Shown here piece by piece: positions 63,360-64,000 of a stretch of 64,000 bases of DNA (positions are counted from its first letter, which is position 1; every line of letters begins with the position of its first letter). The notes under the pieces were generated by a model, which was given only the letters and a program-made list of their open reading frames with translations, was not told where the DNA came from and did no database searches. The position numbers and the translations under genes are program-made. This stretch comes from Coriobacteriia bacterium (GTDB lineage Bacteria; Actinomycetota; Coriobacteriia; Coriobacteriales; UBA8131), in NCBI GenBank assembly GCA_009783085.1, contig WRHU01000002.1, positions 10,019 through 74,018 on the forward strand. The letters are read 5' to 3'.

Positions 63360-63813
63360 CGTTCTTTTTGACTATATTTCTGGGCGTGAGCCCTTTTTCT
63401 ACGATGCGCAAGCGCTCGCCCTAATGAAAACATTTGGAGACGTTGAGCTTTCTGTTTCAGGAAAGTCCTACACCGATGTGTTCTACGTCCTGAGAAAATA
63501 CCGCAACTCTCAGCAGGTGCAGCAGTCTTTTGTGAACAGCCTTGAGCTTTTTGATGTTTGCTCTTTGGAGCAAGATGACCTTACGGCAGCCTGCGGGCTT
63601 GGGTGGCAAGATTTTGAGGATGCCCTCATTGCGACAAGTGCCCAAAAGGCAGGGGCAGACTACCTCGTAACTCGTGACGCTGCATTTGAGCGTTCGCTCG
63701 TACCCGCAAAAACTCCCGAGCAAATTGTTGAGCTTTTTGCGGAGCAAGGGCTCAGTTTTGCAGAGATAGACCTTGCTGCGGTAGACGCCGATGCCCTTGA
63801 GTCCGATGCCTAA
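63337..63813 (+). CDS. PIN-domain toxin
   Basis: MRLFLDTNVLFDY start, with QDFEDALIATSA and LVTRD motifs. Overlaps the antitoxin gene by 23 nt. Confidence 0.8.
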   Translation: MRLFLDTNVLFDYISGREPFFYDAQALALMKTFGDVELSVSGKSYTDVFYVLRKYRNSQQVQQSFVNSLELFDVCSLEQDDLTAACGLGWQDFEDALIATSAQKAGADYLVTRDAAFERSLVPAKTPEQIVELFAEQGLSFAEIDLAAVDADALESDA

Positions 63814-63896
63814 ACGTTCTCCTCGCTGCCTAGACGCTAGCCTCGTTGTGCTCTCGTGGCTCGCTTCGCTGCTTTGAGCGTTCGCCTCGCCATGTT

Positions 63897-64000
63897 CTAG
63901 TGGCTCGCTCCGCCGTTTTTCTCAAAATTGCTCTTTGCCACACTCGTCATTAGCTTGATGCGATTGAGCTGGTTGACTTCACTTGCACCAGGGTCATAAT
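63897..64000 (-). CDS. C-terminal fragment of an unidentified gene entering from beyond the window end
   Basis: A reverse frame stays open from the window edge to TAG (63897-63899): ...YDPGASEVNQLNRIKLMTSVAKSNFEKNGGASH. The stop region is followed by a degenerate copy of itself, as at other gene ends here. Confidence 0.3.
   Translation of the reverse strand, partial: YDPGASEVNQLNRIKLMTSVAKSNFEKNGGASH

Overview
This is a 64-kb, moderate-GC chromosomal segment. Most genes lie on the minus strand. Gene content and synteny look actinobacterial, probably Coriobacteriia/Eggerthellales-like. That placement is inferred from the uvrC-rapZ-yvcK-whiA-pgk-tpiA block, a polytopic membrane LuxR regulator, stand-alone tRNA-Ile/Ala and a long-tailed L17. 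No database search was possible.

Content, left to right:
- RNase P RNA.
- gpmI, a VapBC-type TA pair, then tpiA-pgk-whiA-yvcK-rapZ, a membrane protein and uvrC.
- A DUF4349-like lipoprotein, a NYN/YacP-like protein, and a membrane LuxR regulator divergent from an M20 peptidase and an MFS transporter.
- A PAP2 phosphatase, tRNA-Ala(TGC), tRNA-Ile(GAT) and typA.
- An accessory-looking stretch at about 23.2-29.1 kb: racemase, DUF2975 plus YozG-like HTH, ABM monooxygenase, tRNA-Ser(CGA), an AT-rich lipoprotein gene, RHH, SPFH, DinJ and a frameshifted YafQ.
- An mgtE-Nramp operon, ybjQ, tRNA-Ala(CGC) and a GPP34-like gene.
- A small ORF followed by nikR-hypF-hypC-hypD, then trxA.
- An ABC-2 exporter, infC-rpmI-rplT, metY and a heterodimeric ABC exporter.
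- A second VapBC pair, an MFS transporter and pgi.
- The ribosomal alpha-operon region (infA-rpmJ-rpsM-rpsK-rpsD-rpoA-rplQ), DegV, and a DinJ-like/PIN TA pair.

I saw no CRISPR array, transposase, integrase, phage genes or recognisable defence system.

The most unusual signals are structural:
1. At least a dozen gene boundaries carry locus-specific tandem arrays whose first unit is the gene's own stop-codon (sometimes start-codon) region. Many in-frame 12-21-nt expansions occur inside conserved genes as well.
2. A REP-like hairpin family has an invariant TCAAG loop and covarying stems. Copies bracket the infC operon in direct orientation and the RHH-SPFH-TA module in inverted orientation.
3. 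Two tRNA genes are each followed about 50 nt downstream by an inverted partial copy of their own T-arm.

All protein calls rest on recalled family motifs read from the ORF track, not on searches. Start sites were refined by eye using RBS context.
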